Virus record (IMG/VR): IMGVR_UViG_3300044712_002668
Span: 248,001 to 312,000 of that record
DNA length: 64,000 nt
Direction: 5' to 3' (one strand)
This document shows, piece after piece, positions 54,060 through 64,000 of the stretch. The notes below the pieces were generated by a model. The model did no database searches. It worked only from the letters and a program-made list of their open reading frames with translations, and was not told the DNA's origin. Each line of letters starts with the position of its first letter. Position 1 is the first letter of the stretch. The translations under genes were made by a program, and so were the position numbers.

Positions 54060-55662
54060 AACGTCTTGCCAAGACATTACTTTGGAATGGAATAAAGCTT
54101 GAACGTACTAATGCTTTTTCAAATACCTGTTGGGTAGGTAGTGATGATAGATATAATTACTTTGTATATCGTTCTGGAAGTGGGTTTACGGCAAAAATAC
54201 AGGATCATTCTGGAAAGATAATTGCGCAGGCATCTAATGATGATTATAGAATAGCTATTGAGGAGGCATTGAAAGATATATGAGTGGTGTACATGTAGCG
54301 CGTGTTTATTATAGATTAGAGAAGTTATTGGAATATCAACTGGAGGGTTTGGACCCTGAAACTCATCTTTACAATAAGATCAAGAGATACTGGATTCGTA
54401 GATGGAAGATTCATAATGCAAAGAATCCAGGAGATCCTTTGGTTTTGAAGTGTGCTGTTTGTAGTGGGCAAGAACGTGCATTTGATATAAAGAGTGGTAA
54501 ATTCAAGATATCCACAAGAGCTGAGCAAGATAATTTGAAAGAAGTGTTAGAGGAAAGAGATGACAACTAAGCAAGATATCAAAGAATGGCTTGACGAAGC
54601 AAAGGCAAAGAACGCAACTCATATGCTAGTTGTTTGTGATACTTTTGATTATGAGGATTATCCGGTATATGTTTTATCAGGACAGGATGTAAATAAGCAG
54701 ATTCTTTTTTATTCAAAGGATATGCAAAAAGTTATGGAAGTCTATAACTTGAATATGAATATTGATTATCAGCTTAATGAACAACGATCTTATAATATTG
54801 AAACAGTTTCAATTACTAAAAATACTTCAAGTATAGAAAAGCCTTTGAGGGGTCAATTGAAAAAAGCTTTAGTACTTGATGATCATCAGGAATCTCTTTC
54901 TCAAGAAGTTGAAATTCTTAAAAAAGAACTTGCAAAGGCAAAAGAGGATATTGCACAATTGCAAAGGGAGAAAATAAAATGAAGAAAACAAATGATTACA
55001 TTCCTGTAGATGAATGTCAGGACCGTAGGTTATACCGTATTCATTCTCGTAACCTGAATATTGTTGGTGTTTATAACGCAGAGCATCAAGGTTTTATAGG
55101 TATCAGGGAGAAGTTTGGTTCTAGATATTTGTTTATGGAGTTTCATTGGGATACAGGTATGCCTTTTGGAACAGTTCAACCTGATGAATCAACTCCTGAA
55201 ATTCTTCCTGATGATATTCTATTGGCAGAAAGACTAGAAGGTTCTATATGTCAATGTGGAGTTGATGTAGATTTCATACAGGATGATCCTAAAAGTTCTG
55301 CAGGACATTGGGAGCATTTGCAGCCAAGTCCAAAATGCAATAACATCAGAGCATATACAAAGACAAATAAAGAATTGTTTAAATGGTTAGAGGAAATGGA
55401 GGAGAAGTATCCAAGATGAAAGATATGCTTGATCAGAACTTAATAATTACGGTTGATGGTTTGGTGGATGGAGAAGGGAAAATCCACCAAACCGTTTTCA
55501 AGGCCAAGCGGATTCGTACGCAAACCATTGGTTTGGATGATGGATGCGGGCTTGTTACCATTGTCTTTGTGGATGAGAGTACCAAATGGGATGTACCTGA
55601 GGATCTCAAAAGCATGTTGGTGAAACGTGAACATGCAGACCGTAAGGTAAATGGGTTGTAAA

Positions 55663-55860
55663 ATGAAAGTCTTAATTCTTAAGAAAGAAGATTGGAAATT
55701 GCCAGAGAATGATTCCAAATCAGATACTGGAGATGGTTTTGGAAAAGGGTTTGGAGGTGGATGCCGTCGCCCAACTTTTTACAGTAACGGTAAAGGAGAA
55801 GTAGTTGGTCATGGAGATGGTAATGGTAAGGGAGAGGGTTGTGGTATTAATTGGGTTTGA
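55663..55860 (+). CDS. Gly-rich small protein, MKVxILxKEDW family
   Basis: MKVLILKKEDW. Confidence 0.85.
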   Translation: MKVLILKKEDWKLPENDSKSDTGDGFGKGFGGGCRRPTFYSNGKGEVVGHGDGNGKGEGCGINWV

Positions 55861-55863
55861 TAA

Positions 55864-56097
55864 ATGAAAGTCTTGATTCTTAATAAAGAAGATTGGCAGA
55901 TACCCGAACATTGTCCGGTTAATACTGTTGCAACATATGCTAGAACGAGTGATGGGGCTGGTGCTTGTAGTAACGATATGGCCACGGGTTATGGGGGTGG
56001 TTGTACTCGTTCTTTTCCACATAGGAATAATGATGGATTCGGAAGTGTAGTAGGTAATGGTTATGGCGATGGTAGAGGGTATGGTTTTCCTATATGA
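55864..56097 (+). CDS. Gly-rich small protein, MKVxILxKEDW family
   Basis: MKVLILNKEDWQIPEHCPVN. Confidence 0.85.
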   Translation: MKVLILNKEDWQIPEHCPVNTVATYARTSDGAGACSNDMATGYGGGCTRSFPHRNNDGFGSVVGNGYGDGRGYGFPI

Positions 56098-56342
56098 AAG
56101 TCCTTATCCTTAAAAAGGAACATTGGCAGATACCTGAAAAGTGTCCGGTTAATTTTATTGCTGCTTTTGAACGTTATACTGGTGGGGGTGGTCGAGCAGG
56201 TGGATGTTGCCCAGGAGGTGTAGGTTGGGGAGGAGGTTGCAATTGTGGCGATTCACCACATATTAATTTTGGATTTGGAGATATGGTAGGTAGTGGGCGT
56301 GGTGATGGTAGGGGGCACGGTAATTGTAAGGTAATTATATGA
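56094..56342 (+). CDS. Gly-rich small protein, MKVxILxKEDW family
   Basis: MKVLILKKEHWQIPEKCPVN; closest to the preceding copy. Confidence 0.85.
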   Translation: MKVLILKKEHWQIPEKCPVNFIAAFERYTGGGGRAGGCCPGGVGWGGGCNCGDSPHINFGFGDMVGSGRGDGRGHGNCKVII

Positions 56343-56575
56343 AGGTATTAATTCTTGATAAAGAAGATTGGCAAACACCTGAGGATACCGGTAGAGGATC
56401 CTATCCTAAAATGTTTAAAGATATGGAACTAGGAAGAGGAAATGGTGAAGGTTTAGGTGGCGGATCTGGTTGTTATACCAGAAGTATGGGTTGTGGTTTT
56501 TATGGTTATGGACAAGTATGCGGTCAGGGTAATGGTAATGGTACGGGCAGCGGAATACATATAAGGACATACTAA
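56339..56575 (+). CDS. Gly-rich small protein, MKVxILxKEDW family
   Basis: MKVLILDKEDW. Confidence 0.85.
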   Translation: MKVLILDKEDWQTPEDTGRGSYPKMFKDMELGRGNGEGLGGGSGCYTRSMGCGFYGYGQVCGQGNGNGTGSGIHIRTY

Positions 56576-57426
56576 TGAAACTACTTTGGATAACAGATTC
56601 TCATTTTGATTTTGTACCTGGCAAAGCTGGCATGTTAGGTAAATACATGGCAGCAGATTATCCGGATACGGATGGTTTATTGATTACTGGAGATATCTCT
56701 AACGGTAATTATGGCAAAAGAGATTTGAAAGATATCTCTGTAGCATTGGGTAAGCCTGTTTATTTTATAAACGGAAACCATGACTACTACCATTCCTCTT
56801 TTGAGCGTACAGATAAGAGATCAAGGGACGCTGTTAAAGAGGTTGCAGAGCATGTAAAAACTACACCATCAAATGCTAGCTTGCATTTTCTTGATGATGG
56901 ATTTGTAAAGATTGATGATAACACTGTAATAGCCGGAAATTCCAACTGGTATGATTGCCGTCATGGCAATGTCTTTGGTACGCCAGTGGATCTTACAGAT
57001 TTCCAGGTCAATAAAGACCTAAGACAATACGCTTTCAGGGAGCAAAAGATTGATGCTTCCAAAGCTTATGCAGATAAAAAAGCATCTCAAATGTTCGAGA
57101 TGCTTTCAAGTATTCCTGATGATATTTCCAGGATTATTTTGTTGCTTCATGTGCCGCCATATCCTCAAGCGGCTTGGCATCAAGGTCAACCTTCAAATTC
57201 AGATTGGCAACCTTGGATGGTTTCCAAAGTATCAGGAGAAAAACTGCTCGACTTTCGTGAGCAGTTTCCTGATAAGAAGTTGTTGGTCCTTTGTGGTCAT
57301 ACCCATTCTTCTGGTTATTTCAAAGTTGATGATAACCTTGAAATATATACTGGCAAAGCAGTATATGGTAGCCCAAAGGAATGTGGGATTTTAGATACAG
57401 ATAAATGGGAAGTTACGTTTATTTAA
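56575..57426 (+). CDS. Calcineurin-like metallophosphoesterase
   Basis: TDSH, TGDIS, GNHD, HVPP, GHTH. Confidence 0.9.
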   Translation: MKLLWITDSHFDFVPGKAGMLGKYMAADYPDTDGLLITGDISNGNYGKRDLKDISVALGKPVYFINGNHDYYHSSFERTDKRSRDAVKEVAEHVKTTPSNASLHFLDDGFVKIDDNTVIAGNSNWYDCRHGNVFGTPVDLTDFQVNKDLRQYAFREQKIDASKAYADKKASQMFEMLSSIPDDISRIILLLHVPPYPQAAWHQGQPSNSDWQPWMVSKVSGEKLLDFREQFPDKKLLVLCGHTHSSGYFKVDDNLEIYTGKAVYGSPKECGILDTDKWEVTFI

Positions 57427-57661
57427 CGTAAACAACATACCATTTATTGTTGGCAACATAGTATTCTGCTTTGCCGTCTTGACCTTTGCCTTTTGCTTCC
57501 GCTCCGGCTGGAAGTAAAAATCTATTGGCAACAACTATAGCGCGTTCCCAGTTCTCTCCTGTTTGGGCGCTATCATCAGCTTGCTTCATAATAGCACGAT
57601 ATGTTTCAATAGCAGCTTGTTTAGCCGCAGCCTTTGCAATCTTTTTGATATCCTGTTTCAT
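57419..57661 (-). CDS. Small hypothetical protein with AIETYRAIMKQA leader
   Basis: N-terminus homologous to 40257..41063. Confidence 0.65.
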   Translation of the reverse strand: MKQDIKKIAKAAAKQAAIETYRAIMKQADDSAQTGENWERAIVVANRFLLPAGAEAKGKGQDGKAEYYVANNKWYVVYVK

Positions 57662-57693
57662 ACTTTCTATACAAACATAATGGCAGGATCGCT

Positions 57694-58425
57694 ATGAAAA
57701 ATTTCATGCTGGCCCAGTATTATGATTGGTCATTCGATCCTAAAGGATGGTTTATGTCCGAAAAACTTAATGGGCATAGGGCTGTTTTCAATAAACACTT
57801 CATAAAACGTGGTAATACAATCGTTACTCCCCCATCATGGTTTATGAAGGATTTTCCTGATGTAACCCTTGATGGTGAAATATATGCAGGAAGAGGCAAT
57901 CTTCGTTTGGTTCAATCCCTTGGCCCAAGAGAACTTGATTGGAAAAATATAGTCTTTGCTGTTTTTGACGCCCCGGAATACCAAGGCCCCTTCAAAACAA
58001 GGTACTCATATATCTCTAATCTTCTAAAAAATAGACAGTATATACTTACCGTTCCTCATGTCATTTGCGAAGGCAAGGATGACCTACAGGAGCGTTTGGA
58101 TGCCGTTATCGATATCAAGGGTGAAGGGTTGATGCTCCGTCATCCTGACTCATTGTACGAGCATAAACGTAGTAATAAACTTCTTAAGGTAAAGAAGTGG
58201 TATTATGATACGGCTGTAATTATTGGGCATCTTGAAAAGAATAGACCTGGGATGATTGGTTCTTTTCTATGCCGGGATGATAACGGGTATGAATTCAAGG
58301 TAACGGGATTGAATGATGCGTTGGCAAGCAATCCATATCCAATTGGAACAAGATTGGAGTATAGGTATTATGAGAAGAATAAGGGAAAGCCAAAGCCTGC
58401 CACATTATTCAGGGTTATAAATTGA
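57694..58425 (+). CDS. lig: Minimal ATP-dependent DNA ligase
   Basis: SEKLNGHRA (motif I), LDGEIY, VFDAP, EGLMLR, LLKVK, OB domain. Confidence 0.88.
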   Translation: MKNFMLAQYYDWSFDPKGWFMSEKLNGHRAVFNKHFIKRGNTIVTPPSWFMKDFPDVTLDGEIYAGRGNLRLVQSLGPRELDWKNIVFAVFDAPEYQGPFKTRYSYISNLLKNRQYILTVPHVICEGKDDLQERLDAVIDIKGEGLMLRHPDSLYEHKRSNKLLKVKKWYYDTAVIIGHLEKNRPGMIGSFLCRDDNGYEFKVTGLNDALASNPYPIGTRLEYRYYEKNKGKPKPATLFRVIN

Positions 58426-58671
58426 CATTTAATGGTGGCACACTGGACTCTTAAATACAAGTTTCTAACAGACAATCCTGTTACAGAACATCACGATTGT
58501 AGCTTCGATGATTTTTGTTATATCTTAAGGGCCAAGTATGTAGAAACAAATGACTATGTACTTGGAATGAGCGATAAACATTATCTATGGATTGACAGTC
58601 CAAGTTTGACTATATTCGTTTCAGAGAATATAGATGAAAAACCAATAGAGATTGTGGTAGATGAATGTTGA

Positions 58672-59775
58672 TTATTCTCTAACTTTGGCATTGAATAATC
58701 TACCCAACCATGAAGCATGTTGGTGTTCTTTTTCGAGATATATCTCGCCTATTCTTTGTATGATTTGATAGCGATCAGAGGCACCAAGATTCAATAGATG
58801 ATGGTGTATAGTGGGCCAGGAATGGCTCGCTAATTGTTTTGCTAGGGTTTCATTATCAATTGTCTTTGGCATAGCCTTACTCTCTGCAAAAGAACAGAGA
58901 GAATAGTATTTATTAGCCGCTATAATGATATTATCAGGTGAATAGGCCATATCAACCTCTGCTTAAAGCTTCTTCAAACAAAGAAGCTAACCTTACGATC
59001 TCATCAATACTAAACCCTAGACGCTCTGCGCGGGCTTTTTTCTTGGGCTTTTTCTTCTTTTTGACCCTTTCAGGCAGGGCTTTGATGTTAGGGGTTTCGT
59101 GAGCCCATTCTTTTGCCATTTCAGGCTTGAACTTGAACATCCATTTCTGTTGTTTTTTCGATTTGAAGGGGGACATTATTTTCCTGGGGTAATATATTCA
59201 ATAGCAAGTTCAATATTTTTTATAAGATGGGTTATTTTGTTTTGTTGTTCTATACTTCTAAGCTCACCTTTAAGTTGCTTGGCTGATCTGAGACCGCTTT
59301 GCAGGGTATGGTGTAATAATTTTATGTTTGGCTTGAAAGAAGGAGGTTCTGATACCGGACTTGGCTTGACTTCTACATGAGGTTTGCTTTCTACTGGTAG
59401 TATAGCTGGTTTATGAGCTATTTCTGTCTGTAATTGATGCAAACTTCTCATGGTAGGGCTTTCTCTGGCTGTCCAGGTATTTACTGATTGAGGTTCAACA
59501 TAAGGTGGCATAGGCGGCCTATGCTCTCTATGTGTTACGGGCTCTTCCGCCTCTTCTAAACCAAGCTCATGGGGGTGAACCGGGGTATAGGACTGTTCCG
59601 GGGAGGTATCCAATCCCTCAAAACCACTGGGCCTACCATACTGACGGTATTGATCTCTTATTGCTCTGCGCAAATGAGGGTGAATCTCATCCCAAGATAC
59701 AGTTCCTTCTGTACGTCTGGGATCTTGTGTGCTTTTTTTATAAACTTCAGCAAATTTTAATATGTCAGCCCTCAT
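58672..59775 (-). other. Three-gene minus-strand operon of hypothetical proteins (58672-58950, 58952-59176, 59176-59775)
   Basis: Coupled ORFs; MSPFKSKKQQKWMF in the middle gene. Confidence 0.6.
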
Positions 59776-59810
59776 ATTTCCTCTTTATAAAATATATAAA
59801 TATTGCCATC

Positions 59811-59835
59811 GCGGGCCTTGTGCCCGCTTTTTTTT
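59811..59835 (+). terminator. Rho-independent terminator
   Basis: GCGGGC-CTTGT-GCCCGC followed by T8. Confidence 0.75.
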
Positions 59836-60878
59836 GGCCTTGTGATTACAGTGACACTGTAATCCAGCCATACTGTAATCTAACTACATGTAGGAGGATA
59901 TTGGTTCAGGTAACTGGACGCATGGCAATGACGGGGTAGGGTTGGTCATTCCTGGCTATAAAGCAGCATAGGGAATATGGATCTCTATTATTGTGCAGCA
60001 GCTTATTCACATTTTGCGAGGATGATTAATCCTGATGTAGTAAATAGATTGAACAAGTTATTTGAAGATAAGTTCAATGGAGTATTTGTTATCGTTAATC
60101 GTGACGGCAAATGGAAATTCGAGACTGCCAAGAGAGCAGAGTATGAGCGCGCCATACGTGAGGTATTGAAGACAGAGGGTTTGGACTGGGATGGTGGAAG
60201 AAGAATAGGTTATCTGAACCCTGATTCTTTCTATATAGATTATTTAGATAATGTAGAATTCAAGTCTGAGATTGTTCCATGTAAAACTGATAAGACTAAA
60301 AAGGCTGTAGCTCATAAGATAGTGATTACCAAAGAGCAAAAGAAAGGTCCTTCAAAGTTTCATCAGGCTTTAATGCATGGTGGTAACTTTACCAGACCTT
60401 TGAAAGACAGTAATGATGCTGAAGATATCGATGATACGGTTAACGTAGGTGATATTTTCATACAGCACAATCAAGACCTATCAAACCAACCGGATCAAGA
60501 GCCAATAAAAGTACAAGTCTTTAAACTTAAAGAATCAAATGGTGAGATTTGGGTTTGTTTTCAGCCGATAAGTCCATTTACTGGAAAGATTACTACTGAT
60601 ATTTGGTGGGATGATCAGGGTTGGATTCCTGGTCGTCATGATCCTGAATATACTAGAGAATGGTTTATCTTGAATAGAGATTTTCATCCAAAAACAAAAG
60701 ACTTTTTAGATGATTATTCTTTTGATCTTGTAAACAATAAGCGCAAAAGAATAAATAAAATATCAAATAGAGTAGTACCTTTAAATCTCTTTAAAGAAAA
60801 ATGGAGAAAGGTAAAAAAGCCTGAGTCCATGTCGTAATGTGTGCGACAATGTATGCGTAAATTTGTACGCATCGGGGC

Positions 60879-60906
60879 TTGACGGTGGCAGATGATCGGG
60901 TAGTAT
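60879..60906 (+). promoter_or_regulatory. Putative sigma70-like promoter for the 61 kb operon
   Basis: TTGACG-N16-TAGTAT in an intergenic gap. Confidence 0.4.
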
Positions 60907-61332
60907 CGGCCTTCCCAGGGATGGGATTCAGATAGTGATTCTGGGGGATCGCATATTGGAACGGTTCGAGGGGGAAGATAGACTGTTTGCTTAATCGTTT
61001 TATTGTCTAGTCGTTTTGCGGGAGAAAATGATGGATCAGCAATTAGCGTTAGCGGTTAGCAAACAGGATCTATATCGTTATGGTTGTCCGCATTGTGGGG
61101 GCCATAATTGCAGCCAGTTTCTGAAGATGGGGACTTGTGACGTATGGGTATGTGAGCAGTGCGGCAAGGATTGTCTGACGGTTGCAGAGTCCATATCTGA
61201 GCTGGACAATATTGAATTCCGCAATACCGATATTCGGGACCTGACTCGTGCCCATCCGGCCAAGACGAATTTTCTTGTTCACTGAAGTATCCTGATGAAT
61301 CAATCCATTAAGGATTGTTAAGGAAAGTAAAA

Positions 61333-62064
61333 ATGAAGCTCAATCAAGTTCTGGCAATTGAAGAGTCCGTAAAGAAGCAACCTTTGGCGGATCTGACTCA
61401 GGCTTACCACATTGCGCAGAAGCCGGATCTTTTTACTGGTTTCAATCGTACATGGCATCCTCGTTTTGAGGATGGAGTAAAGTATCCTGAAGAGAGTAAG
61501 ATTGTTCAACAGAATACTCTTGAGTTGATCAAGAGTGTTACTGCTCAAATGAGCGAGATGTTTAACATTGTTGCTACAAAGGATATTGCCAATTGTTCGG
61601 CCAAGGCTGATATCATTGTGGATGAGGTGGTGCTGGTGGCAGCGGTGCCGGTTACCTACCTGATTTTCCTTGAGAAGAAGCTGGTTGATCTGCGGACTTT
61701 CGTTTCCAAGCTTCCTGTACTTGACCCGAGCAAGAAGTGGAGCTATAACGCTCAGGACGGGCTGTATAGGTCTGAGCCTGAGGAACGGCTCAAGACAAAG
61801 AAGACAGTTCGTCCTATTGTGAAATATGATGCTACTAAAGAGCATCCTGCACAAACAGAGTTGATTTCAGAAGATATTGTAGAGGGGAGCTGGAAGGAGA
61901 CTCATCTTTCCGGTGCATTGGCAAGAGATACTGTCAAGTTCATGTTGGATAAGATTTCCAAGTTGGAGCAAGCTGTAAAGGTTGCTCGTGAGAAGGCCAA
62001 TTCGATTGATGTAGAGAGATCGAAGATTGGTGAAGTGGTTTTGAACTACCTCTTTTCGGTATAA
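61333..62064 (+). CDS. Conserved hypothetical protein (MKLNQ..A.E family)
   Basis: MKLNQVLAIE, FTGFNRTW.P, VPVTYLIFLEK.L, KLPVLDP, YDATKEHPAQ, VKVAREKAN. Confidence 0.7.
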   Translation: MKLNQVLAIEESVKKQPLADLTQAYHIAQKPDLFTGFNRTWHPRFEDGVKYPEESKIVQQNTLELIKSVTAQMSEMFNIVATKDIANCSAKADIIVDEVVLVAAVPVTYLIFLEKKLVDLRTFVSKLPVLDPSKKWSYNAQDGLYRSEPEERLKTKKTVRPIVKYDATKEHPAQTELISEDIVEGSWKETHLSGALARDTVKFMLDKISKLEQAVKVAREKANSIDVERSKIGEVVLNYLFSV

Positions 62065-62071
62065 GGCGAAT

Positions 62072-62332
62072 ATGATTCCGTTGAATGGATATGTTCTAGT
62101 ACGTACTACTGCCACTGATACCAAGTCAAGTGGTGGTTTGTATATCCCTCCATCTGAAAATAACAGTGAAGGGATCGTAGAAAGAATTGCAGAAGGTATG
62201 GAAGTACCTTTTGAGGTTGGAGATACAGTGTTCTTCAAGCCTGCTGCCGGTCTGGTTTTCACCAAAGAAAATGTGAAATACAGAGTGGTGAAGTTTGAGG
62301 ATGACATTGTAGGGATGATCAAGAAATCTTGA
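62072..62332 (+). CDS. groES: Co-chaperonin GroES
   Basis: MIPLNGYVLV, KSSGGLYIP, VGDTVFF, DDIVG. Confidence 0.88.
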   Translation: MIPLNGYVLVRTTATDTKSSGGLYIPPSENNSEGIVERIAEGMEVPFEVGDTVFFKPAAGLVFTKENVKYRVVKFEDDIVGMIKKS

Positions 62333-62440
62333 TCAAAAACCTTTCCAGAGCTTGAAATGTTCTGGAAAGGGCGGCCCCTTTGTTGGGGCTAATGGCAGAC
62401 AATCTTAAGTTTAAGTTGAAAACTGAAGTTCAAATCGAAA

Positions 62441-62747
62441 GCCGTTGATGGTAACATCGTGAAGGTTCGAATCCTTCCCTCCCCACCATCCACAGCACAG
62501 GTAGTCCTTTGAAACGTATACTCCAAGGTATTCATTCTACCTAGAAAGAATGATTCTGGTTGTCTTGTGTTCCTGCTTTCCCGTTCTCTCTCATCCATCC
62601 TCCAAGTTTGTTGGTGAGTATATAAAGTAAGAGTGCGATGGTTCAAGTCCATCGGCTGTGTCTGAAGCTGACTTATCAAAATCCTGGTAATTTTGGAGTT
62701 AGCTTCGCCTACCTGGGGAGGTAGCCGAATTGGCACAGGCAAACGGT
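62441..62747 (+). ncRNA. Circularly permuted tRNA-like domain 1 (3' half 62441-62488 ending ACCA; 5' half 62715-62747)
   Basis: Acceptor GGGGAGG/CCTCCCC perfect; T arm GAAGG-TTCGAAT-CCTTC; D arm GCC-GAATTGGCACA-GGC; AACGGT/GCCGTT; variable hairpin GATG-GTAA-CATC. Confidence 0.8.
62491..62660 (+). ncRNA. Nested tRNA-like domain with a large insertion
   Basis: CACAGC/GCTGTG acceptor-like stem; T arm GATGG-TTCAAGT-CCATC; TATACTC/GAGTATA inner stem; no clear D arm. Confidence 0.55.
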
Positions 62748-62820
62748 AATTAGAGAATCAAGCTATTCTGCCAAGTTCTTAAAGAATAACGTTTTATCCT
62801 AATCAAGGTGTTGTGACAAA

Positions 62821-63003
62821 TTGCCGAGGTATTGGTTCAATTCCAATCCCCTTCTCTAAGAGCTTTAGTGATTCCGTATAGCGTTGTACCATAGAACTCT
62901 AACGCCCCCATCATCCCTCAGAAACAACGCAGAGTTTTTTGGTATGGAGTTATTCTTATTAAAGCTCTTAGTGAAGGGGTAGCCTAATCGTAGGGCGCGG
63001 TAA
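62821..63003 (+). ncRNA. Circularly permuted tRNA-like domain 2, acceptor closed by a long hairpin
   Basis: T arm ATTGG-TTCAATT-CCAAT; CCCCTTC/GAAGGGG extended by CTAAGAGCTTTA/TAAAGCTCTTAG; D stem GCCT/GGGC; TTGCCG/CGGTAA. Confidence 0.75.
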
Positions 63004-63050
63004 ATAAAGCCTAATCATAACATTAAACGTCGTGGGATAAATAGACGTAT

Positions 63051-63091
63051 GGGCCAGGTGGATGACAGGGTATCGTCTTTCTACCTGGCCC
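63051..63091 (+). terminator. Strong hairpin, probable 3' end of the structured RNA
   Basis: GGGCCAGGTGGA...TCTACCTGGCCC followed by TTCCTATTT. Confidence 0.5.
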
Positions 63092-63443
63092 TTCCTATTT
63101 AAGGATTTTTTCATGTTAGGTAATTCTGTAATTCGTTTAACTATTCATACTGTCAAGGAGCTGGCCACTAAATGTATCGCTAAAGTTGATAGCGAACGAT
63201 TTGAAGCTGTAAAGGTGGCCAGAAATAATTTTATGTATAAAGAAGCTTTGAAAAGCATGCCGGAAGAGGAAAGAGAAAAATTGTTTATACGTACTTATGA
63301 GTATAGCAGGGCAAGAAATGTTTATTCTGAATCGTATAAACTAGCTAACAAGATTCTTAGGTCAGAAGATTTCCTGTGTAATGCGTTTATTTATATGACA
63401 CTAAATGATTTGGATGCTTTGACAAACATTCTTTGAGGGTGAT

Positions 63444-64000
63444 ATGAATAATAGATTTTCATGGATTGTTCCTGGCAGACAAATTCTTTGTCAAAACGAA
63501 TTGATTATAGATGATATTGTTGTGTGTAAAGGGGATGTTTGTAAAATCTTAAATGTTGAAGGTCATTCATATCCAGATAACGTTATCTTTTCAACAAAAG
63601 ATAATTCCATTAAAATGTTTCTTGGAGATTTTATTTATTATTTCCGGGATCATACAACAAAAGAGGATATTAAAAGAGCTATCCAGCCTGTTTTGAATAC
63701 TAAAGGTATTGGACAGGTTATATCACATGAACATCCTTCTACAAATAAAGATGCTGGAAAATATAAGTTTATTGGTTTTTGGGCACAATCTCAAGCAGAA
63801 ATGCTTCTTCAACTTGGTGTAAAGATTATTTTTCCATGGCCTGCTGATTTGGTAGATGAAACATGGACTAATGATTTGAACGGCAAACGAGAGAAGCATA
63901 AAATTCTATATTATATGAAAATGCAGCCAAAGGTAGAGCATTGGTTGGGGTACTCTTGGTGTAGGATATGTGATAAACACAACAATGGAGCATCAGATCA
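63444..64000 (+). CDS. Partial hypothetical protein
   Basis: Open frame MNNRFSW...GYSWCRICDK runs off the end of the window. Confidence 0.55.
   Translation, partial: MNNRFSWIVPGRQILCQNELIIDDIVVCKGDVCKILNVEGHSYPDNVIFSTKDNSIKMFLGDFIYYFRDHTTKEDIKRAIQPVLNTKGIGQVISHEHPSTNKDAGKYKFIGFWAQSQAEMLLQLGVKIIFPWPADLVDETWTNDLNGKREKHKILYYMKMQPKVEHWLGYSWCRICDKHNNGASD

Noticed and set aside
59776-59810. Common late-promoter motif upstream of minus-strand genes
   Set aside because: AT-rich upstream regions gave no convincing consensus by eye.
62441-62488. Calling a conventional tRNA-Ser(CGA) or tRNA-Leu gene
   Set aside because: No contiguous 5' half upstream, and the anticodon loop cannot be assigned unambiguously.
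62389-62742. 117-aa minus-strand ORF
   Set aside because: Antisense to the tRNA-like RNA, with no protein-like features.
1-64000. Alternative genetic code (stop-codon reassignment)
   Set aside because: Known genes are intact and dense in the standard code, and TAA, TGA and TAG all terminate genes.

Overview
Fragment of an AT-rich, very gene-dense large (jumbo-type) bacteriophage genome, with mostly short, translationally coupled (ATGA/TAATG) + strand hypothetical genes in the standard code. Recognisable genes: PcfJ-like, ArdA, ArdC, two inverted homing endonucleases, GHKL ATPase, HAD, IF-1, SNF2 helicase, Ku, C39 peptidase, pyrimidine-dimer glycosylase, FtsK, metallophosphoesterase, ATP-dependent ligase and GroES. 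Three features stand out. (1) A four-gene type I CRISPR-Cas locus: Cas3 without Cas2, Cas7fv-like, Cas5fv-like and a Cas6e-like nuclease, with no cas8/cas1/cas2 in the locus. It is directly followed by a leaderless 26-repeat array whose repeats vary in sequence but keep their hairpin. (2) A ~750-nt intergenic region after groES that folds into three tRNA-like domains, two of them circularly permuted (T arm before D arm). (3) A family of 17 small Gly-rich genes with a constant MKVxILxKEDW head and a hypervariable body. All family assignments come from motif recognition and memory; no searches were run.
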